From: Hypanus sabinus | Taxonomy: Eukaryota | Direction: 5' to 3' | Assembly (NCBI RefSeq): GCF_030144855.1 | Contig: NC_082731.1 | Span: 11,222,001 to 11,286,000, forward strand | Length of the DNA stretch: 64,000 nucleotides | In this document: one piece after another, positions 60,770 to 64,000 of the stretch | Position numbering within the stretch: the stretch's first letter is position 1 | How the letters are laid out: every line of letters starts with the position of its first letter | Program-made: the position numbers and the translations under genes | The notes under the pieces: model-generated | The model's database searches: none | What the model was told of the DNA's origin: nothing | What the model saw: the letters and a program-made list of their open reading frames with translations, nothing else

Positions 60770-61150
60770 TCATAGAAACAGGGTATCTGGGCCACCTACT
60801 CAATGTCAAAAACATTTAATCTGCCTGCACCCACTGCTCAGCAGCAGGGCCAGAGCCCTCCATACACCTACCAGCCATGTACCTATCTAAACTTCACTTA
60901 AAATATTGAAATTTAGCTCACATGTACCACTTGTGCTGGAGCACATTCCATGTTCTCGCGAACCTCTGAGTGAAGAACTTCCCCCTCATGTTCTCCTTAA
61001 ACATTTTGCCCTTAACCCAATCTCAGAAGCAAATGTCTGCCTGCATTTACCCTGTCTATAACCCTCATAAATTGTATATCTCTACCAAATTTCCTCATTG
61101 TTTTAAGTTCTAAAGGATAAAGTCCTAATCTGTTCAATAGTTCCACAAGA
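60770..61150 (-). mobile_element. CR1 LINE 3' fragment
   Basis: Reverse-complement CR1 3' UTR and ORF2 end (aacctctgagtgaagaacttccccctcatgttctccttaaac). Confidence 0.8.
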
Positions 61151-64000
61151 CTGACAGATTCTGAAATAGTTTGTGGAGGCCAGAACACGTTAGAACAGGC
61201 AACAAAAGTCTCACTTCAAATTTTTATTTTGTGCACCCCAATTTGTGAAGCCACCACCTGTAGACGAAATTGAACAGGCTCCAGCCAATCATTGGTCTAA
61301 CAGAAAGAAAAGCCTGATTGATGAAGCCTGAAGGATGTGCAGTATTCCAAGAGGGGAGAAGGCATTGTCTGTGGTCTCTGCCCAGATCTAAAGGAAAGGG
61401 TGACAGAATGATCAGAGGTATGTCACCCTCAGCAGTTGCTGCATTCTCTGCAAAGATAATACAAAATGATTATGCTAGCTGTGTGATGTGCAAGGAGAAA
61501 GCCAATTAGGAAGTACTGTGTCAAGGACAAATCACAATTGTGCACCAGCACATGTCCAATTGATTACAATCTGCATTCAAGAACAAAGCCCATGAGAGAG
61601 ATTGGCCAGTGGCAAATATGGGAGATGAAATGCAATCTAAGAGGCCTTGTCTGGACAAGGTATAGGTTTGTTTTAGGACATAAAAGTAGACTTGGAACTT
61701 AATATTGGTGTGACAACAAAAGAACAAACAAATCAAATGACAGTTGTTTTCTAGACATAATTAGATTGAAACACCACAAGCAGATGTTGTGAATATGGAA
61801 AAAGCCATGTTCATGGACATTGCTTGGGAGATTTAACTGTTACAAACCATTCAATCGATAAATGCACGTTAAGTGTAGACTGTTGTCAGATTATTTAACA
61901 GTGCGATTTTCAAAGATGCAGTAAACTGTTGAGGTGCACAGCATTATTTAATGAAGCAAACATTAAATGGTGTTAATTAATTAGCATTAAATAATGCTAC
62001 CAGGATTATACCATTCCAGTTGTTTAGGATAATTACTTGTACTGCATAGAAATACCGATTTGTCAAATAAGTCTTTGTTAGTATTATGCATAACTATATT
62101 AATCTGACTTGCCTAATTAAGCAATTGTCCAAATGACTTAATTGTTACTGCTCTGTTACCTCCACCCCACCTCTTGCAGATCATTACAGATATTGAACTA
62201 TTTTGTTTAACGTGTATCCTTCATATCATGCTTAAACCTACACCCTTTGGTGTTAGTCCATTTTTTTCTGCTTTATCTATGCCTGGGCTTTTAGGAACCT
62301 CAAAAACATCACCTCTCAGTTTCCTCATTCCAGGAGAGGATAAACACAAACAAAACCAAAACTCCTTACACCTCAAGCCCGACCAATATTGTGCACTGCT
62401 GAAAAAAGCTGCTCCTATTTTGATATACTTAGATCATTCAAATTGTCCATATGAACAAACTGAATTATGCTAACCAAACTAATTGTGGTTGTCTAGGTAC
62501 AGTCCACTTAGGCCCAGCCTACATTTCCCAGACTAGATGCCAGTTTACTCAAATGATTGATGCATGAATCCACTGAAGAATCAAGATGTAACTGAACAGC
62601 AAATTTTGCATTACTATCCCAGTCATTAATGCTTGTTCCCTGTTAGGACAAATATGACCAACTGTTTGAGAACTAATAATTAAAAAAAAAAATCCTGGTA
62701 GGGAGGTGTTGCTCAAGCTCACTATATAAAAAGAGGGAACAGAATTAGTACCTTCACTACTGCAAGTCTGCCATTGATTACACCTCAGAGTTTAGTTGCA
62801 GACTCTAGAAATTACCCTTGAACCATTTATGTTAGAAGTCAATATTCATGTTCTAACTCTTAATTGATTCAAACAATACTATCCACAATGTCTCACCTAT
62901 TCATAGGCTTGGCTTGGGCTCCAATCCTTCAAGTGATTTACAACATAAATTATGTTTATAAACTTAAAGAGCCAGACCGAACTACATTAAACATGAAAGC
63001 TTTGAATACTAATCTCAGATCTAAATCTAAACTAGACCTTTGGCTCAAATCATCCACAATGACCAAGATATCTGAGATAGAATCACTCACTAGGAAATGA
63101 TTAGAATAAACGTTGTGGAGATGCACTGCAACACCAAGAAAGTCATTCAACGATTATTTTAAGAGAACAATATTTAATCTAATTCATCATCATCTTCGAT
63201 TCGAAGCATGGGGTTCACAGAAACTGTCAGTACTTCACATTTTTGAGGACCCAAAGGCAGAATTATTTTGGTGCTGTGTTCCATGTCTTCACCTTTTTAT
63301 GCTGAACACCATCTGGTGGTCAGGTTTAATCTGCATCAGTGAAATACAAGAAATATGGTCCCCTTTATTATCAATGAAGTTCATGGCAAATGTGAACAGC
63401 TAGTGGAATAGGCAGGAGTCCTAGAAGATGAGCGCATATGTTTGAATCATCCCAGATTAAATGTTGCCAAAATGACTTGGAAGGCTCTTCAATGCTTCAT
63501 TTTAATATCAAACAATGTATGCAGCATACAACTTGATATTCCTACTCTTCACAGACATCCACTGAACTGAACAAAAGCACCGAAAGAGTGAATGACAGAA
63601 ACATCAGAACCCCAAATCCCTCCCACATACAAGTAGCAACAAAAGCACCACCCTCTGCCACCAAGCAAGCAAAACAAGGACCCCAAAGAGTCCATGATCT
63701 AGATTCTATCAAAAATCCGCTGTTCATCCCAACTCTTTGACATCTCAGACAAGTTCTGTCTCACTAGCAAGATAGAAGGAGTGATAGTTCCTACAGTAAA
63801 TGAGAGTGGACGACCAGAAGCTTGCTGTTTTGATATTATAATAAGCCACATCACCTGTTTGAATCTTTTAGCTGAAATTCCTCACAACCAGCAAAAACAA
63901 GACTTGCAACAGATCAATAAATATGAAAAGGTTTATGTTCTTACTATTAATAATGAACCAACCCAACAATTTACATACCTCCAAAAAGCAAATTACTTTA

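Noticed and set aside
61318-61560. Cys-rich stretch resembling a piggyBac C-terminal domain
   Set aside because: It needs several frameshifts to assemble, and no DDD transposase motifs, TIRs or TTAA TSD were found.
63285-63391. Possible 107-nt minus-strand exon (LFTFAMNFIDNKGDHISCISLMQIKPDHQMVFSIK)
   Set aside because: The splice sites are only moderate, the peptide is unrecognised, and there is no supporting neighbouring exon.
350-63727. Most of the short 60-190 aa ORFs in the six-frame track as host genes
   Set aside because: They are decayed retroelement fragments, antisense shadows of them (for example 13574-14155, 27458-28000, 28044-28571, 50401-50721) or chance ORFs with alternative starts. 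None shows a recognisable cellular domain or a consistent exon chain.

Overview
Repeat-dense vertebrate genomic DNA with no host protein-coding exon, rRNA, tRNA or CRISPR array that I can support. The repeat mix (CR1, Penelope, Rex1/Babar, RTE, fish-type L1, Nimb, Gypsy, BEL) suggests a cartilaginous fish such as a ray or shark; this is inference. Most six-frame ORFs are fragments or antisense shadows of decayed retroelements. Highlights: (1) A degraded class III (ERV-L-like) retroviral pol on the minus strand at about 10.6-12.8 kb. It is invisible in the ORF track but is colinear PR-RT-RNaseH-IN by manual translation. (2) A nest at 25.2-37.1 kb in which a Gypsy element (gag-pro, no recognisable RT/IN, 4-bp TSD) and a very young BEL/Pao element (apparently identical LTRs, 5-bp TSD, one 536-aa mosaic ORF) are inserted about 160 bp apart in one L1. 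(3) Penelope elements carrying minimal type I hammerhead-ribozyme motifs, including a 5'-inverted copy with a 14-bp TSD and two ~200-bp hairpin mini-insertions with their own TSDs. (4) A fragmented Nimb/I-clade LINE lacking RT, and three solo LTRs. Boundaries of old fragments are approximate. All homology calls come from motif recognition by eye, not database searches.
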